Source: the human T2T-CHM13v2.0 reference genome, Homo sapiens
Reading direction: 5' to 3' (one strand)
Assembly (NCBI RefSeq): GCF_009914755.1
Contig: NC_060935.1
DNA length: 64,000 nt
The notes below the pieces were generated by a model that worked only from the letters and a program-made list of their open reading frames with translations, did not search any database and was not told where the DNA came from. The position numbers were made by a program, and so were the translations under genes. Of the stretch, positions 29,031 to 44,438 are shown one piece after another. How positions within the stretch are numbered: position 1 is the first letter of the stretch; each line of letters begins with the position of its first letter.

Positions 29031-30487
29031 TAATCTAACATTTTCTTCCGCAAACCCATCTTGTTACTTCTAAGGTGATTGCAAACTAGTTTGGAGATCA
29101 CAAAACATGGTTTTCCTAATTCTAATTATTAGGTTAAAACACATGTGTGCATTGTTATTAGTCCCAAGCTGTATGAGGAGTGATGTATTATTAACAGTCA
29201 AAATAACAACTTTTGCATATGGAGGTTTCTCCTAGAATTATGCGATCGTGCTTCTGTTTTGCCAACTACAAACCTGTTGCAAGTCCTGGCCTTACTGCTA
29301 TGCCCCTTAAGGTCTTTTAATCAGCCTATTACTGACTTAAACTCCTGATAAATGTGTCACCAAAATTATCTAATCTTGGGAAAATCTTATGCTCCCTTAT
29401 TATAACTTAGAGGCCAGTATGCTTGTAGTAAACCAAGATTATCTGGATCTGTTTACAACTACATGTTTGGAGAGTAAGATATACTTTATCTTCTGGATCT
29501 CACCTGCCACAGTGCCCAGTTGTCTCTCCAAGCAGGAGAGATGCCATAAGGAATCGTGGTGAACAATGAGTATCCTGATATTTATCTTTTATCGCTTCAC
29601 ACCACTCGCCTCAATCTCTCACTGTTTAATTATAAGATGAATTAGTGGAGAATTTAGGTATTATTCAAAGTCTGTGCTTCCTCTCTCAGTTTAGCCCAAT
29701 ATTAATCAACATTGAATTTTTAGTCACGTTTATCATTGGTTTATTTTTATGAAAATATTTATTAAATATCTATTATGTGTCAGACACTGCTAGCTGTTTA
29801 AGATACAATGGTGAGGAAAATGTTCCAGTCCCTCATATCAAAAACTATAGAAATTCCTTTTACTTGTATGTTTTCCCATTCTCTAGTCTGGATAAGAAAG
29901 AATGAAATAGATTGCTCTCATTGAGGTATGAGGAAAGCTTGTGCTCGTTCAACCTACTGTGTGTGACTTCGGAGTAGAACTGTTAAAATATGATAACTTT
30001 ATCTTTGGTCTAAAAAGAACCATGAGTTTGGACTACATTATATTGACCCCTAGAAGGATTGATTTTCTTGAATTGAATTATGATCTTGGTTTGAGAGAAT
30101 TTTATTTTAGAATTTATTTCTTGAAATAGTTGTACTCATCTTATGTCTTAGGTATCCTTTCTATTCTTTGGTAATAAGAGTTGTAGAGCAGGGTATGTTT
30201 TACTTTGGACTTGGCTGCAAGGAAGGTTGCAATTAAAATTATTGCTTAGCCAACAAATATATTTTCAATAATATGACCTTGTTATCAGTGCAACCTTCTG
30301 CTCTCCTCTACTGTCATCTTTGTGCCCTCACCCTCATGGTCGTACCTCATGTTTGTGTTTTTTCTAGACCTATTTATTTATGAATTTAAGGTCTTGTTTT
30401 TGAAATTATATTTATAAAACCAGGTAGGCTTTATGATATAATCTATGAACATCCTATAAATTCATCAGGATTTTGCATTTTTAGTTC

Positions 30488-30568
30488 ACTTATTTGACTG
30501 AAAACAAATAAAATAACAACTCTAATTTACTTATTTGACTGAAAACATATAAAATAACAACTCTAATT
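30488..30568. repeat. 41-bp tandem duplication (2 copies, 1 mismatch)
   Basis: acttatttgactgaaaaca(a/t)ataaaataacaactctaatt starting at 30488 and 30529. Confidence 0.95.
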
Positions 30569-31177
30569 AATAAAATCCCTTGGCCTTCATAAGTCTTCTG
30601 TTGGTTTAACATCTTCAAATTTTGTTCTCTTAATATGTGTTTTCATGACTTTAATGCAAGAATTAATGCAAGTAGATGATTCTTTTAGCAATAGGATCAA
30701 ATCTATCACAATGTGGGCATTATCTAAATTCCAGAAATCACCTTGACTTAATCTTTTTGTAATATTCCAGTCCCAAGATCTCTTAGCTAATTTACACCAA
30801 GTTCACTGAGGCACTGAACAATTTAAATAATGAAAATCTGGCAGCTGTTGGCTTCATTGCTTTAAGGACACATTTGCTATTCCTATTGAAATCTATTATT
30901 TCTGTCAGGGCACAAGCATTCCTCATTGCTTACCTTGATTTTTTTGTGATATGTTAACAGTAAGTAAAGAAAACTAGAAGTCATATTTGTTTTCACTTTT
31001 CAAATATTTACATGTTTACTAAGTATCAGTTACTAAGTGTTTCACAAGTGCTTCCTAATTTAATTTTCATAAAAATTCACTGTCCTCATTTTACACAAGT
31101 GGGATTTAGAGTTATAGAGAGGTTAATGAGTTGCCCAAATTATATATACCCGAGTAAGCAAGAAAAGTCAATATTTA

Positions 31178-31582
<405 letters not shown>

Positions 31583-31599
31583 TCAGCATCTCAGGAAAT

Positions 31600-32127
31600 A
31601 GCATTTTTATAAATAGAGGAAAGAGGAACGTTTATTTTATATAAAGAGTTTTTAGGAGGGTTGAATCTCAGCTGTACAATGGAAAATGTGAGATTCAAAC
31701 ATAGTTCCCATATACTCCCCATGCGGGAGTTCTCCTTTATGCCAATGAAAGATTGAAACTTGCTTAGTTCTAACTGGTCTGCACAGACGAGTTCTCATTA
31801 GCTGAACTCCGATTGGCTGGGTTAACTAAGTTCTGAGTGGTTGGTTACCAACAGTGAAACCAGAAGTCTCTGTAAGATGTTTCTTTCAATATCTGTGTTT
31901 GAAAGAGTGCGTGATGGGGCGGCTTTTGGTCACAGCTTAATTTGGCTTGCACAACAAAGACTGGTTTGGCCAGATTGTAGAAAAAAAGGTCCTATGGTAT
32001 TTCTACAACATGAGTACATGATCAGTCTCTCACCCAGCTGTGGCCACCAGTTTCTTTTTTAATTTTGATCACCTCAGTTAGCTACAGGGAGTTCATTTTG
32101 TCTGTAGGCTGAGGGCATACTTTGATA
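31600..32127 (-). mobile_element. ERV1-class solo LTR, MER67-like
   Basis: Minus strand begins ...aaaatgaactccctgtagctaactgaggtg; repeated CCAAT-like gattggct/gtggttgg motifs. Confidence 0.5.
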
Positions 32128-32129
32128 TT

Positions 32130-32590
32130 TGCCAGCTATGAAAATTAAGTCTAACTTAAGTTTTTCTTTCATGGATGATGTTTTAGTGTTGTATCTAAAA
32201 ACCCATTATCAAATACAAGGCCACACAGTTTCTCTTTCGGTTTTTTTTTCATATTTTGTAGTTTTGCATTTGCTACTTAGGTCTGTGGTCTATTTTGAGT
32301 CAATCTGTGCAAAAGCTGTAAAGTCTGTTTCTAGGTTCAATTTTTTGACTATGAATGGCCAATTGTTCGAACATCATTTGTTGAAAAGATTATTCTTTCT
32401 TCCTTGAATTGTCTTTGCTTCTTTATCAAAGTTCAGCTGGGTGTATGTCTGTGGATATATTTCTGGGCTATTTTGCTCCACTGATATATGTGTCTATACC
32501 TTCACCAATATCATGCTAACTTATCTATGGTAGATTCATAGTATCATTTGAAATTGGGTAGTATGTATCCTCCAACTTTATTCCTCAGGC
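32130..32590 (-). mobile_element. Old L1M ORF2 fragment
   Basis: aacatcatttgttgaaaagattattctttct...ttgaaattgggtagtatgtatcctccaacttt. Confidence 0.75.
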
Positions 32591-32902
32591 ATGTCTTTTT
32601 ATGATGATGCAGAAGTGGTATAGACAAATCTAAGCATAAGCACATTTAAAAGTGTTTGCTTACATTACTCTGATTATATCTTACTTGCCAACAAAAGTTT
32701 AGTGGCCAAATTCAGGAACAATCGAAGGAAAAATATACAGCACCTCTTCATGGAAAATAAAAATACTTTTAATCATATATTCTGAAAGAGATGGTTTCAG
32801 AGAAAGAAGAAAAAGTACATCAATTAAATCTACCACATTCTAGTCTTTTTACAACTTTATTTCCTTTACAGCACTTAAGGTTATCTAAAATTATATCTGA
32901 AT

Positions 32903-33448
<546 letters not shown>

Positions 33449-33719
33449 ACAATTTAAGTATAAAGTGAGAGAATTGTCTTTTTATCATTATAACTAGTGC
33501 ACAGAAAAATAATTGTTCTACATTGAAAATTAAGTAAATGTTGCCTAACAAAATAATTAATTTGTTTTTATAATATAGAATTTATAAAACATTTTACAGT
33601 GTTGACATGAGGGAAGTAAACTATAACTAAAGGCTGACTCTGTTTCTGGGCTGTGACAAGGAAAGTGATCAAACACAATTTATTTATAGAAAAGGCAGGG
33701 AAAAAAGAAGTCTAACTTA

Positions 33720-36700
33720 TGACACCAAATTAAATGACTTATTTTCTCACTTATTTTTTTCTGAAATACTCTGTAGTTTCTCATACTGTGGACACAATTG
33801 CCTCGTGGAAATTCTTCTTTTCCTTTTCATCTGGGCTATCTCACTGATAATCCACTTATGCTTCCATATACTCATCCACAGGCTCCTCATCATACTCTTT
33901 TTGTATGACTTGTGAATTTCATAACATTCCTTTATTCTGTTTTTTTTCTGCACCTTCTACTTGAGTGACCACATTCATACACATAGCTTCTACTATGCTT
34001 TTTATAACACATTTATTAATTATGTACCTAGCAACCTACCTTATTTCTGAATCCCAGATGTATTTCTATTTGAAAGCTGGTTACCTGCACATGAATATAA
34101 CACCTGCATCCTAAATTTTCAGCCCACCTTATTGTCTTGATTCCACAGTTTTTTATTGTAATCATGATTTTTCTAGCTCATCTTCCTCACCCATGTGCCC
34201 TCTCATTTACACTAACGTTATATCAATTGTGGAACCCTATAAATTCCAGCACTGTAATATCTTTGCTGGATGCTTCCTCTTGTAATTTGCTCTATGACCT
34301 CAGTTTGGGCCCTTAAAACACACCTCTCTCATACACTCCAACACAGCTTCTGAATTGTCAGCCTCCTTGCCTCACTCTCAGATCAAAAGTGATGATTAAA
34401 TTAGAAAACTCTAAAAGTGTCTCAATAATTACTGATTAAATAACAAACTCCTTAAACTGTCACTTAAATCTTTCTGTGGCATCCTGTTTATGTTTCTGGT
34501 CTTCTCTGTGACTATTTCTACTACCATTTTTGTAAGAGCAAGAAAGGGAATTCTGGTTTGTGGATAGTGTTAGTTATACATGTATCCAGTTTGAATACCG
34601 TCCTCAATCTGCAAATCTATGTGACGTGCTCTTTTTTACATGTACACTATACTTTATTAAACAGTTAAAGTAGACAGTCATGATAGAGAAGATAAAAGGG
34701 GATATGTAAATTAAAGTATTTCTACTTTCTTATATTTCTCAGAAATAAGTTAAAGTTATGAATTAAACTCTAATAAAACCCTAATGTCTTTAAATATTTT
34801 ATATTTATTTCTAAAAGAAAGAAAAGCAATTTTTTCATTCTAAATTACTAAAATTCAAAAAGAATCAAACAAAATTCAAAGAAATTAAAATACAGCAGCA
34901 AGGACCAAATTAAAAATGTTATTGCTAAACCCAAGAGAACAATAAAAGGAATTATAAAATATGTGATATTTACCGAGAAAAATATTAAATAATTTCAAAA
35001 TTTATAAATAACATAACAGTATTGAAGGAGTAGTAAACAAGACCCGAGTAAATATGAAATCTGTAAATTCATGTTGATGGTTGTTAAATTTTATAAAGAT
35101 ATCAATTCTACTTCAATTAATCTATAAAGTCAGTGCACTGGTACTAGATAAATTACTTTTACAAATTATTTGCTGTGTCTAGTGAAGCTGGCCACAGTCA
35201 TAGTTCAGTAATTCCATTCTTAAGTGGAAGGTAAAAAGAAAAAAACATGTTCAACTTAAACAGAATATATGGAAAATATTAATAAAAAACAATTGACAAG
35301 TTTGGTAAACGTGGTAAACAAACTTAGAAAATGAAAATGTTTGATGCTAGAACTAGGGAACAGATGTGCACATACACTCTAAATTGATACAATCACTTTT
35401 GAGAACAAAATTTTAAAAAGTAGTATTTGCACTTTTTCATGTATGTCTGGATTACAGCATAAGAATATCAATTATAGCAATGTTTGAAATAAAAAAAAAT
35501 TTGAAAGTAATTTAATGTCTTCCAGTGGGAAAATAAATGCAGAAATTTTTTTTGTTTATTTACCTAATGATACCATATGCATAATTTGAAATTAGTGAAA
35601 CCTATACATATATGTATAAGTGTAAATATATATACACACACACACTATGAAAAATCACAAATACATAGGTTTGAAAGAGAAGTTATAGAATAAATATAGT
35701 ATAAGATTTAAATACATATTGAAGACACATTTTTAGGATTCAAATTTCTCTGTGAAATTTGAATCTGTGGGCACAGAATCTGTGGGCACAGAAAAATCGG
35801 CATATATTGTAAAATAAAAGAATGGGAGTGTTAAGCCAGTCCAGAGCTAAAGAAAGTTATATGTGAGAGGAGTCTGTGATAACAGTTCCCTTGTACCTTT
35901 CAAGAGTTTCTGGTCTTTTTTAGGACAGTGAATGTTTGAGTCCAAAGAAGCTTCTGGAATTTATGTGCGAGGCCCATAAACCTCAGCCATAAAGCCAGGA
36001 AGAAATGCTGTGGTCAGATCACAAAAGGCAAAAACTATAGTTTAAAGAATTCATGGCTCACCTCTCTCCATTATAATTACATGATGTTTTTACGTTCCTT
36101 AGTTGTGTACTCTTTAAGAATGCTATATCTGGGTTTTAAATTTATTTAACTCAAAATGCTATAAAAACATTGAAATATTCCAGAATAATTCTTGGCATGT
36201 CATTTAAAAGAACATCAGTATATTTCCTATGGTGTAATTTGCTTCTTTTTAAAAATTTATTTAATATTTCCATCTGCTAGTCACTGTTGAAAGAAATAGA
36301 GGTAACGTATCAAAATCAGTACCTGCCCTAAAATAAATGACAAACTAAAGAGAGGGAAGGTGTACAAAAACAAAGAAACAAAAAAAATTTGAAAATGCAT
36401 GATATTGTTGAGTTTTATAAAGGACATCAACTGAGGAAATATGATAGATGGTATCATATAGGCTGGAAGGCAGCAAACAAGAATGATCAGGTATATGTCA
36501 TCAAGAAGGTGAGACTTGGACTGAGACATGGATACTAATTGGAAGATAGCTGTGTGAATTACTGCAAAAAGTGTATTCTAGATAGCAGGAACAGAGTCTC
36601 AGAGCTGTGATTTAAATTGCCATATTCGAGAAAGAGAAACATGTCTAAAAAAAGGAAAATGTGGTCAGAATATGGTCAGTAGATACAAGTGGGAAGAAGT

Positions 36701-36800
36701 CATGTTAGAGAAGTATTTGCCGTCTGGTTGTATAGGATCTTTTTGGTAAGAGTTTGCATTTTACTTTAATATTAATAGCAAAGCAGCTTGGAAGTATTTG
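33720..36800. mobile_element. Patchwork of old L2 and L1ME fragments
   Basis: L2-like at ~33720-34510 and ~36270-36800; L1ME-like at ~34530-35720 (aagatatcaattctacttcaattaatctataaa). Confidence 0.45.
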
Positions 36801-39529
36801 TTGACTGGTTGTGAGGAGAGGAAGGCAAATCAAAAGGAAAGGGAATAAACTGTAAGATCCAGCATAGATTAAAATGTGGAGGGTTTACAGCATGCCTGCA
36901 TCATCAGGAGGCATTTGATTCTAGTGAACCTCAGTGTTTACAGTGACCTGTAGATTCAAAACAAGTGTACCAAGCAGTATAAAATGAATATTTACTTACA
37001 CCGTATTGTTTAATGTATTTTCAGATCCTGCTTTTTTGACTGGTAAGCTTATACTGAATAATGCATGATTTGTTTTCAGCATCTAAGTGTGGTGATACAT
37101 TACTTCTTAAAATGTGTGCTGAAATATGATAAATTAATTAAGGCAAAATATTCCTTATGACTGTTATACTTTTTGATCTGTTTTGGTGTACAAACAGCCA
37201 AAATTTGAATAAAGAGAACGTGTGTTCCTTGGACAAAAATACAGTAACCACTGTGGTGGCACCATGCCTGATCTGAGAATTTAACATCTGCAGTTCAAAG
37301 CCGCATAAGCTTTGGTTCTGTCCAAGCCATGCCTGACCCTTATTACAACAACCATTTCCCTCTGCATTATACCACAGATATATGCAAAGTAAAGAACATG
37401 TTTAAACTGCTCCCTGCCAGCTGGCTGCGTTCACTCCTGACCCAGTAATCTGTGACTTTCTGGACTCCTGTGAGAGAAAAGTTTCAGCCAAGATGATATC
37501 CACAGAAAGAATAATTTGATATATTGCTTTTTATGTTTCTCTGACAGTACAATAGCTTGTAACTTTCTTTCACTGCCATAAAGGGAAATAATATAGAGAG
37601 AGCATATATACACATACATATATAGTGTGTTAAATCATTTATTGAGAAAACAATCTTTTGAATACTTCTATGTCAGAAATAAAGCTATGTGCTAGTTATA
37701 TAAGGTCGAAAAAAATAAAGAAATGGTTATATGTGTATTTCTACATTTATTAATTAAAATACACAAATAATTAGGGGTATGTTTTATGAAGGTAACAAAC
37801 TGAACATGAAAAACAACCAAGGTGTCTGTGCTACCCATTTCAGTATACCTCTCTTCTTGCCATGTTTTACTACCCCTCTACCCCAGTGTTTTCAGATGCT
37901 TATGCTCTTAGACAACTTAGTGATACAAAATCAATATATAAAAGCATGTCTGTCCAATTTTTAATACATGCCTAGTGACAAACATAGCTACTTCTACTCC
38001 AACAGTTTTTAGTTTCTTGAAAACTCATAAAATGTGAGATTTATTAAACAGTTATCCTAGCATAACAAAAGACAACCTCATCTTAAAATAAATATACTGT
38101 CAGGGACTGGGAAAGACCTGTGTCATCATTTCAGTACTCGAGAAACTGGCTGTTTAAATGAGGGGATTCAGAAAAAGGAGATAGTAGAGGGTATTTTAAG
38201 ATATTTATCATTCACACATATTAAACAGGGCTATAAACAGGGATCATCTCTTACTATCTCTAAACAGAGATCATCTCTTACTGTCTCTGGTTATGCAGGA
38301 GACTTAGTCCCAGGAACTAAGCCACTAAGCCAGTCCTCTGTAGCCCTAAGGCCACAACTTCTATCCCTGAATGGATGTTAATGAGCCATCGAAATTGTCC
38401 CCATACTCAGGAGTTTTTCCCCTGTGGCTTTATGTTTCTCTTCACCTAGAATTTCACTTTCATTTTAGCTTAGAATTATATCTGTGGTTATATTTGATCA
38501 GCATTTCTAAATATTTCTAATTGTTGGAGCTGGGTGGAAGAGAAGAGCACAAGAGATTGTTTACCTTACTATATTCTGCCTTGCTGCCTAAATCAGAATT
38601 TACTCCTGGGAAAACACTGAGTTGTGGTTTTTCCTATGTAAAATTCTGTCATCATGCCAGATTTACAGTTGCTTGAAAAGAGCAAACAAGTTGTTAGATA
38701 TGAAAATGTGGAAATTTTATCTTTTATGTGAAAATAGTTAGGATTAACATTATCATTTACAAGCACATCAATTTAACTCCTGTCTCCCAGAAAGACTCAG
38801 AGAAAATGGAAGACAAGAAATATCGAAGTTTGATTAGAGATAAAAACATTACAATGCATGCAGAATGTGAGTGGGGTTCTGGATCATCTAACTAAGAGAA
38901 CACAGATTGATAAGGAAAGAGTTTCATTAAGATAAGTTAGGCTGTTGTTTAACAGAAATTTGGCAGCTTTCTAAGAGGGATATTTTCTACTTCAGAATAA
39001 GCCTTGAGTACGTCAATCTGTCTATCAATATTATGATTGAAATCCTTATGCTAACACAAAAAGAAAGTAAGATAAATGTGACTTTCGGTTCAAAATATAC
39101 TTAGCATCACACATTTCAAAATATTATATATGGACTATACTGTTTTCATGTAAAAAATTCAATGCCCCTTTGTTTTTTATAGGAATCACAGTTAATACTC
39201 TGAAGGTGAATGTATAACTCTGCCTAAAATTATTTTTTATTTTCAATCTTCCCCATGTGTCTAATCATGTTAATCCAACTCAACTGTTATTTCCAGCCTA
39301 TTAAACTGACTCTAAGCTTCCAGATGCAATAGCAAACAGCAAGGTGCATTTTTATTGCTTTAAAAAGTGAAATCATGTAATGCATTTCTTTGACAGTTCA
39401 CTTTATAAAATTATTTTAGTGGAACTAAGAAGGATTTCAAATTGATTGAGAGATTAGAAGAAATATGAAAGATAATACTCACCCAGTTTTTAAAGTCTCC
39501 ATAGTAACTTGGAGAAAGTTGAAAAGCAG

Positions 39530-39892
39530 TGATATGGTTGGCTGTGTCCCCACCCAAATCTCATCTCGAATTATAGCTCCAATAATCCCCAGGTGTTGTG
39601 GGAGGGACCCATTGGGAAGTAACTGAATCACGGGGTTGAATTTTTCCTGTGCTGTTCTCATGATAGTGAATAAGTCTCATGAGTTATGATGGTTTTACAA
39701 AGGGCAGTTCCCCCGCACATGCTCTCTTGCCTGCCACCATGCAAGATGTGACTTTGCTCCTCCTTTACCTTCTGCTGTGACAGTGAGGCCTCCCCAGTCA
39801 TGTGGAGCTGTGAGTCCCTTAAACCTCCTTTTCTTTACAAATTATGCAGTCTCAGATATTTCTTCATAGCAGTAAGAAAATGGACTAATACA
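39530..39892 (+). mobile_element. THE1 (C-like) solo LTR; TSD agca(g/t)
   Basis: tgatatggttggctgtgtccccacccaaatctcatc...ggactaataca. Confidence 0.93.
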
Positions 39893-40124
39893 AGCATTTT
39901 CTGTTTTGTATCATTGAGTCCAGTTATATGATTCCCTTTTCTATTAATGAGCCTTGTTACATAATTGTTTGATACATATATAAATTTATAAGTAACTTAA
40001 AGAAAATATGCTATTAAGATTGTGTTCAAATACATACCATATGATTGATATATAAGCCAATAATCTTTCCTAGTATTAAACATTGTCTTTTAATATGCAT
40101 ATTCAGCTTTTGTTTATATAACTT

Positions 40125-40292
40125 CTTATTTTTTAACCCTGGGTGCACTTCAGAATAATGTGGGAACCTTGCATAAACTTTTGATATCTGAGCTCAATAC
40201 CATTCCCGAAAAATCAGGTTCTTTGGGGTTTGGCATCAATTGCCAGTATTTTTAAACATTCTCAGAGTTACCTTTATGTGCATCTAAGATTA
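40125..40292. mobile_element. MER5A-like remnant
   Basis: ttaaccctgggtgcacttcagaat...tttttaaacattctcagag...atgtgcatctaagatt. Confidence 0.5.
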
Positions 40293-41074
40293 AATGAAAG
40301 TTTTCTCTGAAATTCAGTACTATCCTACTTAATAGGACAAAGATGAATTTCAGTTCTGTGGTTATTTCAATTAGTAGGGCCTTTAATTTGTGGACTCCAA
40401 AATCAACAAGTCCTTAAATGAGCCATATCGACATGAAATAAAGTGAGTTCATATAATATTTCTCAAAGAGTGTTATCCTGGTCACCTGCCTTGAAAGCAA
40501 CTAGGGTATGCATTTTAAAATAAAGATTTAAACAGACATAACCTTAACATTTAAAATCAAAATTCACAGGCTAGCTCAGAAAAAAAACAGAAACACTTGG
40601 GCCAGTTCGCACTAATGTGTTCCAGCTAAGGCTTTGTTTTAATTTCCAAGGTTTCTTGTGTTTAGAGAATGGAAATAGGGAAGGAATGCCTATTAGAGAG
40701 ATATGATTTTTAATACAGAAATAACTTTTTAAAAGTTAGAGAAAAATAATGGCTTCTAATACTCACTTTTTCTGTAATTACTTAAATTGACTGCATATAG
40801 TTGGATTCTATAATGTTACCATGAAATTTTATATTTCAAAATATTTCTCTATAAAAATATTTTAAAACTCGGTTTTAATTTCATCATATAACTTTGTTAG
40901 ATCATGTATCATATTAAAGAAACCCTAGAAAACATCTTTTTAAGCCAGATTTATTTTTCTTTTTCTGGTATATGTTCTTTATTAGTTTATCTATCTTAAA
41001 AACCTCTTACTTAAAAATAATGCAATTATTATCAAGCCAGCATGTTTCTCATTAGGAAATAATTTCTGTAAATT

Positions 41075-41790
41075 GTTCATTCATTTGATAAAGGCTTTCT
41101 TAATGTTTTCTAAATGTCTTCTATAGTCTAGACACTAGGCACTCAGGTTAATAATGAGATAATTACAAGGTAGATATGGACAAGGTAACTATCTTTTTTA
41201 ATAAAAATTTAAGAACAAAGTAAACAGAGAAATCTTAAATATTCTAATGTAATTTGAAGGGAAGGCTAATTATTTTAAGGCACAGAATATGAGAGGAAAC
41301 TTATATAGATTTGGTAGTTAAAGTCGCTACCACTGAGGAGGTAACAACTGAGCAGAGACCTGAAGCCTGAGAAGGAGCTCGGCAAGGGTAGAAGCCGAAA
41401 AGGCAATAGAATATGAGGGTCTTTGACACAGAGAAAAAGTCTTGGGGTGAGATATCAATCTGTAAGAATTCTGTGTATAGATGGGTAGTAGAGATTCTAT
41501 ATGTGGATGAGACAGCTCTGAAAGCAAGCTTATAGATCAGAGGGATGCAATGGCCCAGGGCAGAACTTTCAGGATTTGCTGTATTTTAAGGCCAAGAGGA
41601 GAAGGAAGAGTCAGAGAAGCAAGAGATCAGAAGAGCCAGTCTTAGAAGCCTACAAGAAAAATGGTTCATGGAAAAGGTGGGTAACAAAGGTGAGGCTTGC
41701 TGACAAGACAATTAAGGGGTGGGCCAATGATGTATTTAAAACATGGAGGTCTTTGGTAACTTTTGGAAGAACTGCTTAAATGAGTGCTTT
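41075..41790 (-). mobile_element. L2 fragments
   Basis: ttcattcatttgataaa; tgaggaggtaacaactgagcagagacctgaag; ggaggtctttggtaact. Confidence 0.55.
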
Positions 41791-42016
41791 AGTGTGTATG
41801 CATCTTTTTAAAAAACAAAATAGTATTGGCTTTATTAACAATACCCAACCAGGTATCTAAGTCAGTATCATCTTTATATTCATTTACCAGTTCTACCGAC
41901 TAAAGAGAGCAGAGCATAGTGATGTTTGGAACTTAATAATTATATGGAAATAGTTGCAAATATTTATGTCTGAGTTATGCAGGACAAAGGTACCTACTAC
42001 ATATAATTTTTAAACA

Positions 42017-42183
42017 TTATTTTATTATTGCAAATATACACAACCTAAATCTATCATTTTAACGATTTTGACGTGTACGGTTCTGTAGTATTTAGTATAT
42101 TCACTTTGTTGTGCAAGCATTACCAACATCCATTTACAGAATGCTTTCATCATTTCAAACTTAAACTCTGTGCCTGTTAAACT
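42017..42183 (-). mobile_element. L1MB 3' terminus
   Basis: aaatctatcattttaacgattttgacgtgtacggttctgtag...aaactctgtgcctgttaa. Confidence 0.75.
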
Positions 42184-42502
42184 ACAGAATAAGAATGAAT
42201 AATTTTGATTAGCTATTTGATCTTTGAGAGAGTGATAGGCTCCTACCATGAATATTATACTTAAAGAATATTATACTGTGAAAGAAACTGAAGCTCATAT
42301 AATTTAAACTGCTTTCCAAAGTTTATGCACTAACAAGTGGCAGAATTGATATTTACATGTATAATTATCTAAACCTCAAGTTTTTCCCTCTATGTATCAT
42401 GTATGTGAAATAGAATGAGAGAAAAATCAAAGATAGCAAATCAGTCTATTTTACCTCTACTTCTGACTGCAAAAAAAAAAAAAAAAAAAAAAAGCAACAA
42501 TC

Positions 42503-42823
<321 letters not shown>

Positions 42824-43084
42824 TTAAAAAAGGAAAAGAAAAGTTAAAATGTCCAGAATTAAAAGGTCAATAACTAAGCCCTGTCGATGTGAATATGATT
42901 TCAGTTATTTGCAACTTATTTCTAGGGCTAACATTTGGAAAAACATAAGATATATTAATCTCTACTAAAAATCTGATGCATTTTCGGTATAATAATGTAT
43001 GGTCTCATTTTATTTTTCAGTCTCAACCTAAGACCTCTCTTTAGAGGCAAATAGGAAGTGCCCTCTGTGTGCATCCATGCACTG

Positions 43085-43454
43085 TGTATTAGTCTACTCG
43101 TTTCTATAGCAGAGTATCACAGATTGGGTGGCTTAAACCATGGAATCATATTTTCTCACAGTTCTGGAAGCTAGAAGTCCAAGATTAAGGTATCAATTAG
43201 GTTGGTGTCCTCTGAGGCCACTCTCCTTGGTTTGTATCTTATCCTTCTGTCCTCACATGATCTTCCCTCTGTGTATCTGTGTCCTCATCTTTCATAAACA
43301 CAACAGTAATATTGGATTAAGGCCTACCATCATAACTGCTTAATCTTAAGTATCTCTTTAAAGACCTTGTATCCAAATACAGTTACCTTCTGAGCTACTG
43401 AAGTTCGAACATCAACATATGGATTTGGTGGGGGGACACCCTTCAGCCTGACAC
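43085..43454 (-). mobile_element. MLT1 (A/B-like) MaLR LTR
   Basis: tgtattagt...ttctcacagttctggaagctagaagtccaagat...ccaaatacagttaccttctgag. Confidence 0.85.
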
Positions 43455-44224
43455 ATTGTAACAGACTTATGTTTGAAACATCTGCTCTGTATGAAATTTG
43501 GAAGATTTTATTAAATATTTTAGCCCTAGCTTTGTGATATTTAACACTAAAAAAAAAAGTAGCTCAGAAGGAGAATATTTATCCTTGTTGTTATAAATAA
43601 TGTTTGCTCTATCAGGACAATGTAAAGATAATACACTTAAATTGAAGAGAGACCATGTATCAAATATGGTTATAGTCAAAAGGCAGAGTGTTTCCTGCTC
43701 AATAGTTTTCATTTCATACACCACTTTCTAGTCCATTATCTGTGGGCTGTCAATTAGGTTTCTAAAAACCAGACAAAAAAATTAGCTCCATTGTGAACTG
43801 TCAGCAAAGATTTTGGCATTGCAAAAAGAACAGGTGAGGAAAAGGGATAACTTATTTGTTTCAGAAAATAGAAGTATCGTGTTTACAAACCTTAAAAGTT
43901 GCAGATCTGGTTTCACCTCGGCCATTAAATATGTGCAAAACAGGACGACAAATCATATCAGGCTACTTATTTATTATTATCACACATAATACACAATAAA
44001 GATCAGCATCTTCATTTCTTGGGCTGGAAGACTTCAACATTTCCAAGGTGATCTGACAGTTGGCCAGGGTATTCCTTCTAAACGAAAGGTTTGCCACTCC
44101 AATAACATACTGGGAAGGTGTTTCAGCTATTACCAGCCTACTAGGACATTATGTAGCAACAGTAAAGAATAAATAAATGCTTTGTATGAATATACTCCAG
44201 CATAACGAATTCTAAATCTTCACT

Positions 44225-44438
44225 TCAAAAAAAATGTCCGGACTTTTGGCTGGTGTCTTGCCATATAAGACTACTTGGGGGGCTGAGGCAGGAGACTCAC
44301 TTGAACAGAGATGCAGAGGTTGCAGTGAGCTGACATTTTGCCACTGCCCTCCAGCCTGGATGACAGAATGATTGAGACTCTGTCAAAAACAAAAAAACAA
44401 AACACTAAAAACAAAACAGAAAGACAAACAAAAAACAA
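44225..44438 (+). mobile_element. Alu right arm/FRAM-like with A-rich tail
   Basis: ctacttggggggctgaggcaggag...gaggttgcagtgagc...gagactctgtc. Confidence 0.8.

Noticed and set aside
30488-30568. 41-bp direct repeat as a CRISPR-like array
   Set aside because: Two adjacent copies without spacers in primate DNA; a simple tandem duplication
40599-40630. cgcactaa motif reminiscent of 7SL RNA
   Set aside because: Only 8 nt match and the flanks are unrelated
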